Of a stretch of 64,000 bases of DNA, positions 41,878 to 52,521 are shown in pieces. How positions within the stretch are numbered: the first letter of the stretch is position 1; each line of letters opens with the position of its first letter. A model generated the notes under the pieces. It saw nothing but the letters and a program-made list of their open reading frames with translations, ran no database searches and had not been told where the DNA came from. Source of the stretch: Salisapilia sapeloensis CBS 127946 (taxonomy: Eukaryota > Protista > Oomycota); the NCBI GenBank assembly GCA_023334545.1, contig JAADVB010000003.1, positions 62,001 through 126,000 of the forward strand, given 5' to 3'. The translations under genes and the position numbers were made by a program.

Positions 41878-43834
41878 CTACTTAGCTTCCTCTTTCTTCC
41901 CTGGCACCACTTGTTGCAACCAGATACGCGTCTTGTAGATCGCAAACAAGTCACGCACTAATTCGCGGAAATCAATGCGTCTACAACATACATGAGCACT
42001 TGTCCATCAACTACATCCTATAGGAAAAAGCGTACCTTTCTGCTTCAAAGAAAAAGGTGAGTTTATGTCGATCGAACTGATACTCGGCGTCAATGACGTT
42101 CATCGGGAGCAGACGCTGGCGCACCTTGCTCTTGCACACTTCAAACACCTCCTGCTCCTCTCGACGCTGTTCCTTGAGCACCTCTCGTTCCCTCGACGAC
42201 GCCTGTGCCACCACTCTCTTCGTCGGCAATTCCATCCTCTTCCCGCGATTCTCTTCCTCCATGCTCCGAATATCCACGCGTTCCACCAGTCGTCCAATAT
42301 CTTCACCTCGATCTGCCTCCACCTTGACGAATGCACCAGGCGTAAATCCTGCTCGTCCAGCAAACATCTCCTGTCGTCCACGTTTGAACTCGACTTGGTA
42401 GTAGGCTTCTGGACTCGAACTCGAGTACCGATGTCGAGAGGAGGATCGGACGTCTGGAGGGAGTGGAGGTGCCGGTGGGATGTCTCGTTGAGACCAATTG
42501 TACTGGTCACGATAGAGCAAAGGACCTTCCATCGACTGACTACGGACTTGGCGACTAGAGTCCATGCCAAAGTCCGTGCTGTACGATCTAAAGTTTCGAC
42601 TGCCTTCCGGTTCTTCGTCGAATGGGGAGCTATATGCATCCGTCGAGTACCTGCGGTACATGTGCGGAGGACCATACTGTTGGTAGGACGGATAGCTCTG
42701 CTCAGGAGGGAAGTTCATCGGATGACTGCGATTCGATGAATAATTCCGCATCGTATAGTCTGGAGACGGAGGATGGGAAGGATAAGGAGGAATGGCGTGC
42801 TGGTATGCGGTGGAAGTTGAAAACGAACGAGCGCGTAGACGTAGTGGTTCTTGCGATGGAGGGAGTGGAGGATTTCTCTCTGGCTGGTCGTTCGTAAAGT
42901 CCAAGGACGAGGCTCGGGCATCTTTCATTCTGTAGAGAGTGTGAGCTAGAGATTATAGACATGGAAGATATGTCTCGTACCTCGATCGAGAGAGACGTTC
43001 CCGAGGACTATTCGTTCTATAGCAAGATTTTAGTTAAAATACGATGTAAGGAGGTATGAAGGAGGTGGCGTACTCGGATAAGAGACCCATGGCACTGCTA
43101 AAGGGATCTTTTTCATGGAAAGAACCACTAAAGGATGAGTTCGAGAGCTCTTCATCTTGCATTTGCCACGTCTGCGACTCTTTTCTCGTGCTTAAGAGCG
43201 GAGATTTCGCATGACCGAGACTATGCGCGCGATCGAGCGTCGGGGCATCGTATCCTTGGCTGTCCAAGGACGTTAGCACCGGCAGACAAGCTTCGGCATA
43301 GGATGGGTCGACATCCAAGTGACTCAATCGTCGCTCCCTCGACGTCAAGTGCCTCGGATCATACTCATCTTCACTCGAATTGGACGAATTGGAGTCGTAA
43401 AAGGACGATTCCGAGCTAGACATGCGCGAGTGTGGGAACTCCCGGAAGCTGTTGGTCTGCCGCAGCTTTTGCGGATGACCAGAGTGGCCGTACTGGAGTG
43501 CACTGGAGGGACGAGGAAGGCGATCGAACTGGTTGGACGAGAACGTCGGGGTCGTGACTCGACGACCGAGTGGACGCCAAGTCGACGCAGGGGACGAGCC
43601 TGTGGAAGACGTGAGGGAATCTTCCATGGATCCACCTCGGGGTTTGTTACCGGATTCGAAACGACTAGTGTACGAGTGCATGTAGCCGTGGGACTTGTCT
43701 GCATCTTGGGCATGCGGTGGTACGTCGTCATCTGTGGTTAGTGCGAGCATACCGCGAGATAGGAATTCAGGCCAGTCGCTTTCGCCCAGTTGATTGCCGA
43801 CGTCATCTAGACTGGCGTGGCGTGTGCGATGCAT
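41878..43834 (-). CDS. PSP1 C-terminal domain protein with a long Ser/Arg-rich disordered N-terminus, 4 exons
   Basis: YQVEFKRGRQ, FVKVEADRGEDIG, MNVIDAEYQFDRHKLTFFFEAER|RIDFRELVRDLFAIYKTRIWL. Track ORFs 43034.. and 42011.. join through a 36-nt exon with phase-2 introns. Confidence 0.85.
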
Positions 43835-44587
43835 GCTACTTGCAAGCGTTCACGACGCGACAGGGTGTCTATAGACGGGAATAGAAGAAGGGAAGCACGT
43901 CGAGCGCAATGAACAAGCTCCACCGCAGTGCTCTCCGAAGCTCAAATGGGTTTGTCTTTTCTTTCTGCGTGTACGCTTGTCGCCCCCTTCACTTGCTTTT
44001 TGTATGTTCGATTCGAATCGAGCGATAAGAACGATCTTCAACCAACGTTCGTTACGACTAGTGCCACCGATGCCGTCAAGGATTTGGTATGTCACACGTG
44101 CGCTATCTATCTCCTATCGCCTGTGTTTGTACGAGTTGAAAGACAGAGACTGTGATTGTGGATGAGAAACAGAATCGGGCATAGAGGATCCCGAGACGTG
44201 TAACTAGTCAGCGCTACTTTTACATCCAAAGTTGACAAGTTAATCGGTAGCGTTACGGGAAACGTAGCCACCTTGTACTGTGTGCAGAAAACGTACAATT
44301 GGACTGGCGTGCCTTGTTCGACAAAATCCGATTGCCACGACAAATCCATCCTCGCCGAGAGTGTACTCCCGACGAGGGCAAAAGCGATGATATGCATATC
44401 TTTCTTCCACCATTGTCGTTCATCTCATCAATCTGAGTTCAATTCGCCATCGAAGCAAATCAGATCGAAGACAAACTGCAACGTGCGTTGACACTTCAAC
44501 TTTAACCAAATCTAAATATAGCCATCTATTTCGAGATCTTCCACAGGCGCATACTCGTTATAAATCCACTAGCTCCTCCATCTACAC

Positions 44588-46114
44588 ATGGCCTCCACTT
44601 CAGTCTTGCAGCACTTTGAAGTGTACCAGAAAGCTCGGGTCACGTTCGTCCAAGCCGTCGCCGAAGCGGCAACGCGGCCGCAGAACATTGAAGTCATGCA
44701 AAACGCAGGTGTGATGCAGCTCTTGCGGCCGTTACTACTGGACAATGTCCCGAGCATTCAACAATCCGCCGCACTGGCGCTCGGCCGACTCGCGAACTAC
44801 AGCGACGATCTGGCCGAATCAGTCGTCGGGAATGAAATTCTACCGCAACTCGTTTATAGCCTGACGGAACAAAATCGGTTTTACAAGAAAGCAGCTGCTT
44901 TCGTCCTTCGCGCCGTGGCGAAGCATTCACCAGAACTGGCGCAAGCTGTCGTCGATTCCGGCGCATTGGAAGCTCTTGTGCCGTGTCTTGAAGAGTTTGA
45001 TCCGACAGTCAAAGAAGCAGCAGCCTGGGCTGTCGGATACATTGCACAGCACACGGGTGAGTTAGCTCAGCATTGCGTCGATGCTGGAGCTGTGCCTCTG
45101 CTGGTACTGTGTCTCCAAGAACCTGAGATTGCGCTGAAACGAGTGGCGGCATCTGCGTTGAGTGATATCTCGAAGCACTCTCCGGAGTTAGCACAAGCTG
45201 TCGTAGACCCTGGGACCGTCTCGTACTTGGCACCACTGCTGCAGCATCCGGATGCGAAGTTGAAACGCCAGGTCGATAGCTGTTTAGCTCAGATCGCCAA
45301 GCACAGTGTCGATTTGGCGGAGATTGTTGTTGAGGCAGAAATCTTTCCTAATATTCTGTACAATCTGAAGGACACGGATCATGTCGTCCGGAAGAATGCT
45401 GCGACTTGTGTGCGTGAAGTCGGGAAGCATACCCCAGAGCTAGCGAAATTAATTGTGAATGCCGGTGGCGCAGCTGCCCTCGTGGACTACATTGCTGAAG
45501 CTTCTGGGAATGACAAACTCCCGGGAATTATGGCGTTAGGATACTTGGCTGCCTTCTCCGAAACACTAGCGCTCGCGGTAATCTCGTCTCGCGGTATCAC
45601 ACCCGTGAAGAACGCGTTGGTGAGTGAGCCAGAAGATCATTTGAAAGCAGCGAGTGCATGGACACTCGGCCAAATTGGCCGACACACACCAGAGCATGCT
45701 CGTGCTGTGGCCGAGGCAGACGCTTTACGACATCTCCTCGCATGCATGCTCCATCAGCAGAGCTCGGAAGACTTGCGTCTAAAGTCGAAACGAGCGTTGA
45801 AAAGTGTGGTAGCCAAGTGTCAACATCTCCAGGCATTGGAACCGTTGCTAAAAGATGCACCACCAAAGGTGCAAAAGTACATTCTACGCCAATTCGCTCA
45901 CTTACTACCGCATGACTTGGAAGCTCGACGCTCCTTTGTGCAAAGTGGCGGTCTAGAATACCTGCAACAAATTTCCGACAGTAGTGGCAAAGTGGCGGAC
46001 TATATTCTCGAGATCAATAACTGCTACCCGCCAGAGATTGTCGAGTACTACTCACCACATTATAGCAAGGCACTGTTGGAGAAATTGGATGACTTCCAAC
46101 CGCAGGTGCAGTAA
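44588..46114 (+). CDS. SPAG6: Axonemal central-pair armadillo protein PF16/SPAG6, intronless
   Basis: VLQHFEVYQKARVTFVQAVAEAATRPQNIE...LLRPLLLDNVPSIQQSAALALGRLANYS; EQNRFYKKAAAFVLRAVAKHSPELAQ; ends NCYPPEIVEYYSP. Confidence 0.97.
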   Translation: MASTSVLQHFEVYQKARVTFVQAVAEAATRPQNIEVMQNAGVMQLLRPLLLDNVPSIQQSAALALGRLANYSDDLAESVVGNEILPQLVYSLTEQNRFYKKAAAFVLRAVAKHSPELAQAVVDSGALEALVPCLEEFDPTVKEAAAWAVGYIAQHTGELAQHCVDAGAVPLLVLCLQEPEIALKRVAASALSDISKHSPELAQAVVDPGTVSYLAPLLQHPDAKLKRQVDSCLAQIAKHSVDLAEIVVEAEIFPNILYNLKDTDHVVRKNAATCVREVGKHTPELAKLIVNAGGAAALVDYIAEASGNDKLPGIMALGYLAAFSETLALAVISSRGITPVKNALVSEPEDHLKAASAWTLGQIGRHTPEHARAVAEADALRHLLACMLHQQSSEDLRLKSKRALKSVVAKCQHLQALEPLLKDAPPKVQKYILRQFAHLLPHDLEARRSFVQSGGLEYLQQISDSSGKVADYILEINNCYPPEIVEYYSPHYSKALLEKLDDFQPQVQ

Positions 46115-46228
46115 AAATGTAGTAACATCGGATGGAAAGGATAGATATCGAATATATTTCGAATAAAATACAAAATTTAAAATTCTTTTTATTTCATGTA
46201 AATAAATTGCTGGACACTGCGAGCGCTA

Positions 46229-47174
46229 ATGCTATCTCGACGAGTGCGAGGGCTGGTAAGGCCATTTTCGCTGCGCGCAAGCAGTCGGTCCTACTCTGCA
46301 GATGACGGAATGATCCGGTTAGCAAAGCTCATGGCGCAGAAAGGTAATTTAGAGCTGTTTTATGTCTTGTAATTGTGTACTTAACGATAATGACCAGGTT
46401 TGTGCTCGCGTCGAGAGGCTGAGAACTATATTCAAGCTGGCGCTGTCCTTGTCAACGGCAAAAAGGTACATGCATTGCTATAGAGCTTAAAGTATTTAAT
46501 TAACAACGTCATGACAGGTCGAAGGAGACTGGATGATGGTGGCGAAAGACAGTGATGTCCGACTCGACCGAGTTGCGCAGCATCATCAGCGACACAAAGC
46601 AACTATTCTGCTAAATAAACCGCTAGGATACGTGTCGTCGCAGCCAGAGGACAATCATACGCCAGCAATTAAGCTTCTGACGACTGAGAATGAGTTCTAT
46701 GATGAAAAGCGTCGACAGAAGCCGAATCCGAACCAAACCGCTCCAATCAATTTACCCAAGATGGCTGTTTGTGGTCGACTTGACGTAAATTCCACTGGAT
46801 TGCTCATCTTTACCCAAGACGGGACGCTAGCAAAACAAATTTTAGACCCGAATGGCGGGATTGAAAAGGAGTATCTAGTTCGAGTGGATGTGGATTTAAC
46901 CAAAGTGAGCAATCGACTGCAGAAACAACTAGATCGATTGCGAGATGGCATTACGGTCGATGATATCCATTACCGAGCGAAAGAGGTCGAAGTGCTGAAT
47001 GCGAATCAGCTTCGATTTATATTGACGGAAGGCAAGAATCGGCATATTCGACGCATGTGTGAAGCAGTTGGGATACAAGTACGCGCTTTGAAGCGAGTAC
47101 GGATTGGAGATATCAAACTGGGAAAACTTCCGGTTGGGGAATGGAGATATTTGAACCATAAAGAAACAATATAA
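46229..47174 (+). CDS. RsuA/RluB/RluF-family pseudouridine synthase with S4 domain and probable mitochondrial presequence, 3 exons
   Basis: MLSRRVRGLVRPFSLR presequence; IRLAKLMAQK|GLCSRREAENYI; LNKPLGYVS; GRLDVNSTGLLIFTQDG (catalytic Asp); LTEGKNRHIRRMCEAVG...LKRVRIG. Confidence 0.9.
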
Positions 47175-47192
47175 CAGTGGAACTTGATCGCA

Positions 47193-47857
47193 TTAAAAGG
47201 CATGCATACAAGTCGCTTTCACCTATAGTAACTTTAGCAAAAGAAGGTAAGACGAACACTACGCCAAGTACTTTGTGGTTGTCGTCAAACTCGACACCTT
47301 CTTCCCTCAACATTCGCCGCTTCTTGATAATATTCGGCGATGCTTCTCCAGTCGAACCTAAGCATTGGTATAAGCACATACGACGAACATTAGAAAAGAG
47401 CAGGTAGTTACCACTGAAACCACCGATGGCACCAGTTGCAGCAACGATACGGTGGCAGGGCACTTCTGGTGCAAACGGATTGCGCTACATGATGTAAGTC
47501 CAAGTGTCTTGCAAAAGGATAAAGAGAGGTGCCTACTCGCAAAGCATTTCCAACGCTACGAGGTGCCGATTGAAGCTGTTTGGCAACATCTCCATACGTA
47601 CTCACTCTACCCTTTGGAATCTACAAGCAAGTGTAAGACAATGCAATTGCAATGCATTCTACCGACAACTACTGTCGAAATAAGCTCATAAACGCTCTTC
47701 TCTAATTTATCATTTGAGTGTCATGAATCATGAGAATTGAATATATGATAGTACCAAAGGCTGTAATCTTTTTGCCTCGCCATTCGATATGTTTTGTAGC
47801 TTTACGCACATGCGTCTTGTTCACACCAGACTTCATCGTACTTGTTCGTGTCTTCAT
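47193..47857 (-). CDS. MGMT: O6-methylguanine-DNA methyltransferase (Ogt C-terminal domain only), multi-exon
   Basis: Spliced TAF|EKSVYELIST|IPKGRVSTYGDVAK...APRSVGNALR|RNPFAPEVPCHRIV (PCHR intact)...GGFS|G...KKRRMLREEG. Last exon inferred. Confidence 0.85.
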
Positions 47858-48043
47858 CTCTCGTATTTCGTATCAAAAGAAAAAGTTGGCAGTCGAGTTG
47901 TATACGAAATCCAAGTACAACGTGTGTGAAAAGAAAATTGTCTTTCTTATTCGAAAACAAAAGTCTTTTGCAATTGGAAACCCATCTATCGTCGTTCCAC
48001 TAGAACCGAAAGCTTCACCTCCTTCTTTTTCGATGGTCCGGCC

Positions 48044-48771
48044 TTAGAGCTTTCTTCCTCTTCAACCTCAGAAGGTGTTTCTTCAGCCACTTCATTCTCG
48101 ATCTCGTCATCCACACGCACGCGCACCGTATGCGTTCCAAGCGTCTAGAATCAAGTGAGCTATTGGATACGACGATATTAAACGATGCAATTATACGTTA
48201 ATCGGGGTTGGGATGTTGATACGGGCGACTCCTACGATCAAGTTGTGCTGCTTTTCCAACATATCCGCAATGTTCTCCGCACTAGACAGAAGGTATCGTC
48301 ATTAATGCTAATAAGAGATATTTGTTTGGTAGAAACCTACGTGACTTGGTTGTGTAGCTTGCGTTCCGTCTTGGAAGCCGTGTGACGCTTGAAGACGACT
48401 TCAGCGTCCGACAGACGGTCCATAATGCGCTTCAGCTCTCGCTGCTTGGTCGCCTCGGCCTCATCCACGGACTCTTTATCGACCTTATAAGCCTCTCGGT
48501 TGGCGTCCGTCGCATAGACAGCCAGCTTTTGCGGGTACAAGAAGTTTCGTGCGTATCCGGCCTTAACACTGACTTCATCACCTCGGTTGCCGAGCTTCTC
48601 TACATCCTCTTTGAGCACCATATCCACTCGATGGCTACAATCATATTCTTCAGTCACTTTTGCAATTTAATAATGACCAGGTAAATCGTACGCAAAGGAT
48701 CGGGAGAGTTGCTTGGCCGTAGAAGGCTTGACAGCCGACGCTGAGAGCAGCTTAAAGGTACGAGCAAGCAT
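48044..48771 (-). CDS. MRPL9: Mitochondrial ribosomal protein bL9m, multi-exon
   Basis: Presequence MLARTFKLLSASAVK; VDMVLKEDVEKLGNRGDEVSVKAGYARNFLYPQKLAVYAT; later exon TLGTHTVRVRV. Confidence 0.88.
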
Positions 48772-48874
48772 GGCGGTCCTTGTGCGCTAGTGTTGGGCCA
48801 GTAAATGTGTCTCTATGATATGCCACGGTGGCTGTCTGTGGAAAACCGATAAATGGCTACAAAAGCTATTGGTG

Positions 48875-50667
48875 ATGGCGGAGCCGATGGACGACGCGGT
48901 AGCCTCCGGCGAGGCATCCAATGTGCCAGCAGAAGAGATGCCGTTCACGGAAGAAGAGCTCCAAACATGCTACAAGGTATGCAGATGAAATTCTACTTTT
49001 ATTACTACACAAGTTACTAAGTATGCATGCCGTACAGATACTGGGAACGTTAGCTGGGAACACGGCGTTATTGGAACAGAGCAATATGCGTGACTTTCGA
49101 AAGAAGTTAGCACCAGTCTCCGAGTTCATGGAGAGCCGCAAGTTTGGTGGTAAAGGTCGGAAGAAGTATTTGGAGGATAAACAATTGAAAGAGGAGAAAC
49201 GAGCAAGGGTGAATAAGCGCAAGTTACTAGACAAGAAACACGTGAATAGCTCCAAATTACGTCGCGAACGGATCGAAAAGTTGAATTCACTCATGGCACA
49301 AGGCAGTGAGGATCAGTCGTTGCCGCTCATTGCAGACGGTGCGGCTGAATCGACTCCCATGGCCATTGAAAACGACGTGCAGGAGACACCAAAGCTGCAG
49401 TCATTCCGATCTTGCTATACTTGCAAAACTCGTTTTGATGCGTTGCATCACTTTTACGACCAGCTTTGTCCTACGTGTGCTGCTCTTAACTACACGAAAC
49501 GCTTCCAGTCATCCGATTTGCATGGAAAGGTGGCGCTGATCACAGGAGCTCGAGTGAAGATTGGCTTCCAGGCAGCTATCAAACTGCTCCAAGCTGGAGC
49601 TGCCGTTATTGTTACGACGAGGTTCCCTGCCGATGCAGCGGAGAGGTTTGCAGCCCATGCAGACTACGCTACGTTCCAGGATCGCCTGCAGATCTACGGC
49701 ATCGACTTCCGGGATCTCGTCCACTTGGAACAATTCTTGGACTACGTTCTCCACAAGTATGTATAGTGCTTTTCTATTTCGTATAACGTACTAATGGACG
49801 TATAGCTACTCCCGACTAGATATGGTTGTCCACAATGCCTGCCAGACCGTGCGTCGACCTCCGAAGTACTATGAACACTTGGTGAAGAAAGAAGGATTGG
49901 CGTTGGAGCAGCGTGATGCAGGTATCCAGAAGATGTTGCAGCATCAGCAACAGTTTCAGGCACACGTCTCGTCTATAGCGATTGAAGGTGGAGAGCAGAA
50001 GGATCACGGTGGCAGTGTGACGTCTGCGATGAAGTCTCAAGTACCGATGTTAACGACGGATGGGGAAGGCGAAGAACATTTCCCGGAAGGGATGGTTGAT
50101 GTGAATGGCCAGCAGTTGGATCTCAGGTCGCAGAACTCGTGGTTGTTGAAACTTGGCCAAGTCGCGACACCGGAAGTAGCGGAAGTCTTTGCCATCAATA
50201 CTTTGGCACCGTTCATCATGAACAACAAGCTAGTGCATTTGATGGCAAAGGACGTACAGGTGCACAAGTTTATTGTGAATGTCAGTGCGATGGAGGGCAA
50301 ATTCTACCGGTATGTATTCCCTAATTATCATCTAGTTGACGAGTAATTCAATCTGTGATGTAGACACAAGACCGCCAACCACCCTCATACGAACATGGCA
50401 AAGGCTAGTCTTAACATGATGACTCGAACTTGTGCAGAGGATCTTGCCAAGCAAAACATCTACATGACGAGTGTGGACACTGGCTGGATCAACGATGAAA
50501 ATCCGTTGGAAAAAGCGCATGCTCATGCCGAACGAGCGAATTTCCAGACACCGATCGATGAAGTAGATGCAGCAGCAAGAGTGTTGGACCCCATCTTCGA
50601 TGGCTACAACTCCGGTAAGCCAGTGTGTGGTGTCTTCCTCAAGGATTACCATGTCACGGAGTGGTAA
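48875..50667 (+). CDS. Atypical SDR-family oxidoreductase with a Cys/His zinc-finger-like N-terminal module, multi-exon
   Basis: CYTCKTRF...[12 protein letters not shown]; [12 protein letters not shown]; IVTTRFP; FAINTLAPF; [13 protein letters not shown]|..[17 protein letters not shown]; [10 protein letters not shown]. Confidence 0.85.
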
Positions 50668-50810
50668 GCCGGCTAAAGACACTTCAAGATACTTCAATTT
50701 GCCAAGCTTTTCGATTGGTTATTATTCTGTGTGATGTATAGTATTGGTTGAAAAGGGTTTATCAGATGTGTCAATCGTATCATTTTTTTTACATTTGCAC
50801 ATCTAAAAAA

Positions 50811-51794
50811 ATGAAAGGAGATACTCGAGTGGATAACGCTGAATATGGTCTGCCGGAAGGGAGCCGCGTGTGGTGCGCGTCGCACCCGGTCCTGCAGCAC
50901 AAGATGACCAAGCTGCGTGATGAGAACACTGACAGCAACGTCTTCCGTCACGTGCTCCGTGAAATCACGTTTTACCTCGGGTCCACTCATATTGGTTCAG
51001 AATTTTGTCGATCGAGGCTAACTAGAGTATGGCTTATACATAGATATGAAGCTACGCAGGATTTGACCACCAAGACCAAGTTGATCAAGGTACGGCATGC
51101 AAAAGGATAGATTGGAGCATTGTATTTATGATGTCGATATAGACTCCGGTGGGCGAGCATGAAGGTGCTGAACTATCTGACAACGTCGCTATTGTCCCCA
51201 TCCTTCGTGCTGGTCTCGGCATGGTACGGAGAATCCTTCAATATACTTGTGCGAGCAGTGGAGCTGAAAGTGGGAATAGGTGGACCCCATGTTGGATCTC
51301 ATGCCGAATGCTGTCGTGTACCACTTGGGCATGTACAGAAGCGAGGAATCCCTCTTGCCGGTGCAGTACTACAATAAGCTGCCAAAGGAATGCCACACGG
51401 ACGTTGCCATCGTCACGGAGCCCATGATCGCCACGGGTACCACTTGTACCTGAAATGTACCTTTTAATGGTCTAATGTGCGTTTGGCAGCGGGATCGATT
51501 AGTGCGGCTGTCGCGATTCTCAAGACGTGGGGTGTCCCTCGTATCAAGATCGTCACGACTATCGCGTCCAAGCAAGGTACTTGCTTTTACAACAATTTTG
51601 CTGTTTTGATACTAAAAATTGTATGAACAGGACTTCAAGAAATGCTGAGCAAGCACCCGGAAGTGGAAATTTATGTTGGCGCGATCGACAATGATCTGAC
51701 GGACCACGGGTACATTTTCCCTGGTTTGGGCGATGCTGGTGACCGTCAATTTGCGACGCACGATCATGGCGTGAAGAAGCAGCGAACGAGCTAA
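50811..51794 (+). CDS. UPRT: Uracil phosphoribosyltransferase (upp-type), 6 exons
   Basis: [13 protein letters not shown]...FRHVLREI; [10 protein letters not shown]; YYNKLP; EPMIAT|AGS; [13 protein letters not shown]. Confidence 0.93.
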
Positions 51795-51859
51795 TCGTTC
51801 AAAAAACATGCTACCTTTCGGTTTACAATATTATGCGTATTCGATCCAAAGAAAAGAAA

Positions 51860-52263
51860 ATGATGCACGCCGAGGAGCGCAAGCCGCAGCAGCTTGTCGA
51901 TCCGTTAGATAGTTCCTGGCGATGTTATATGACTGGGGGAGAGTGGGTCCCAGATATGAACGCCACGAACTGCATGCTTTGTAACGTAGAGTTCACGTGG
52001 TGGACGCGTCGCCATCATTGCCGTCGATGTGGTGCCATGGCATGTGATAGCTGCAGCAACCATCGGACCAAGTTCATTTATCGAGTACGTTTACTACCAT
52101 CTTCTCTCTTATCCATTACTTATAAAGAATCACGTAGGAAATATCTCCATTTAAAGTCGCGCAAGAAGAACAACGTGCGTGTGATGCATGCATCGCGTAT
52201 ATCGAGACCAAGTTGGCGAAGTCGTTCCAAAAGCGCTTCCAAAGAAAAGACACATCTGTGTAA
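51860..52263 (+). CDS. Small FYVE-only zinc-finger protein (~115 aa), 2 exons
   Basis: WVPDMNATNCMLCNVEFTWWTRRHHCRRCGAMACDSCS; splicing GTACGT...CGTAG supplies the final RACDAC. Confidence 0.8.
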
Positions 52264-52521
52264 TATATTTTCTTTCGTCGTCGACTCGTGGTCGTGTGTT
52301 CCTCGTGCCAGGATGTGACCTCTTGGTTGTCGTATTCGGCAGGACTTGGAAAGCCGGCTAAAGCAGACGAAGCTCGTTCTCCCATCGTCCGACTTGGCCC
52401 CGCATCCCTCGGCGGACCATCGATTAAGCTTATAAAGACCTGTACAAGCCTTTGTAGACTAGTTCTTGTACTATCCAAACCACTAGCAAAGACGTTTGTT
52501 TGTATTGGCATATAAATCAGA

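Noticed and set aside
44107-44397. 96-aa ORF with a signal-peptide-like start (MHIIAFALVGSTLSA)
   Set aside because: No RxLR or CRN motif or recognisable domain; it sits in a divergent promoter/UTR interval and has no supporting features.
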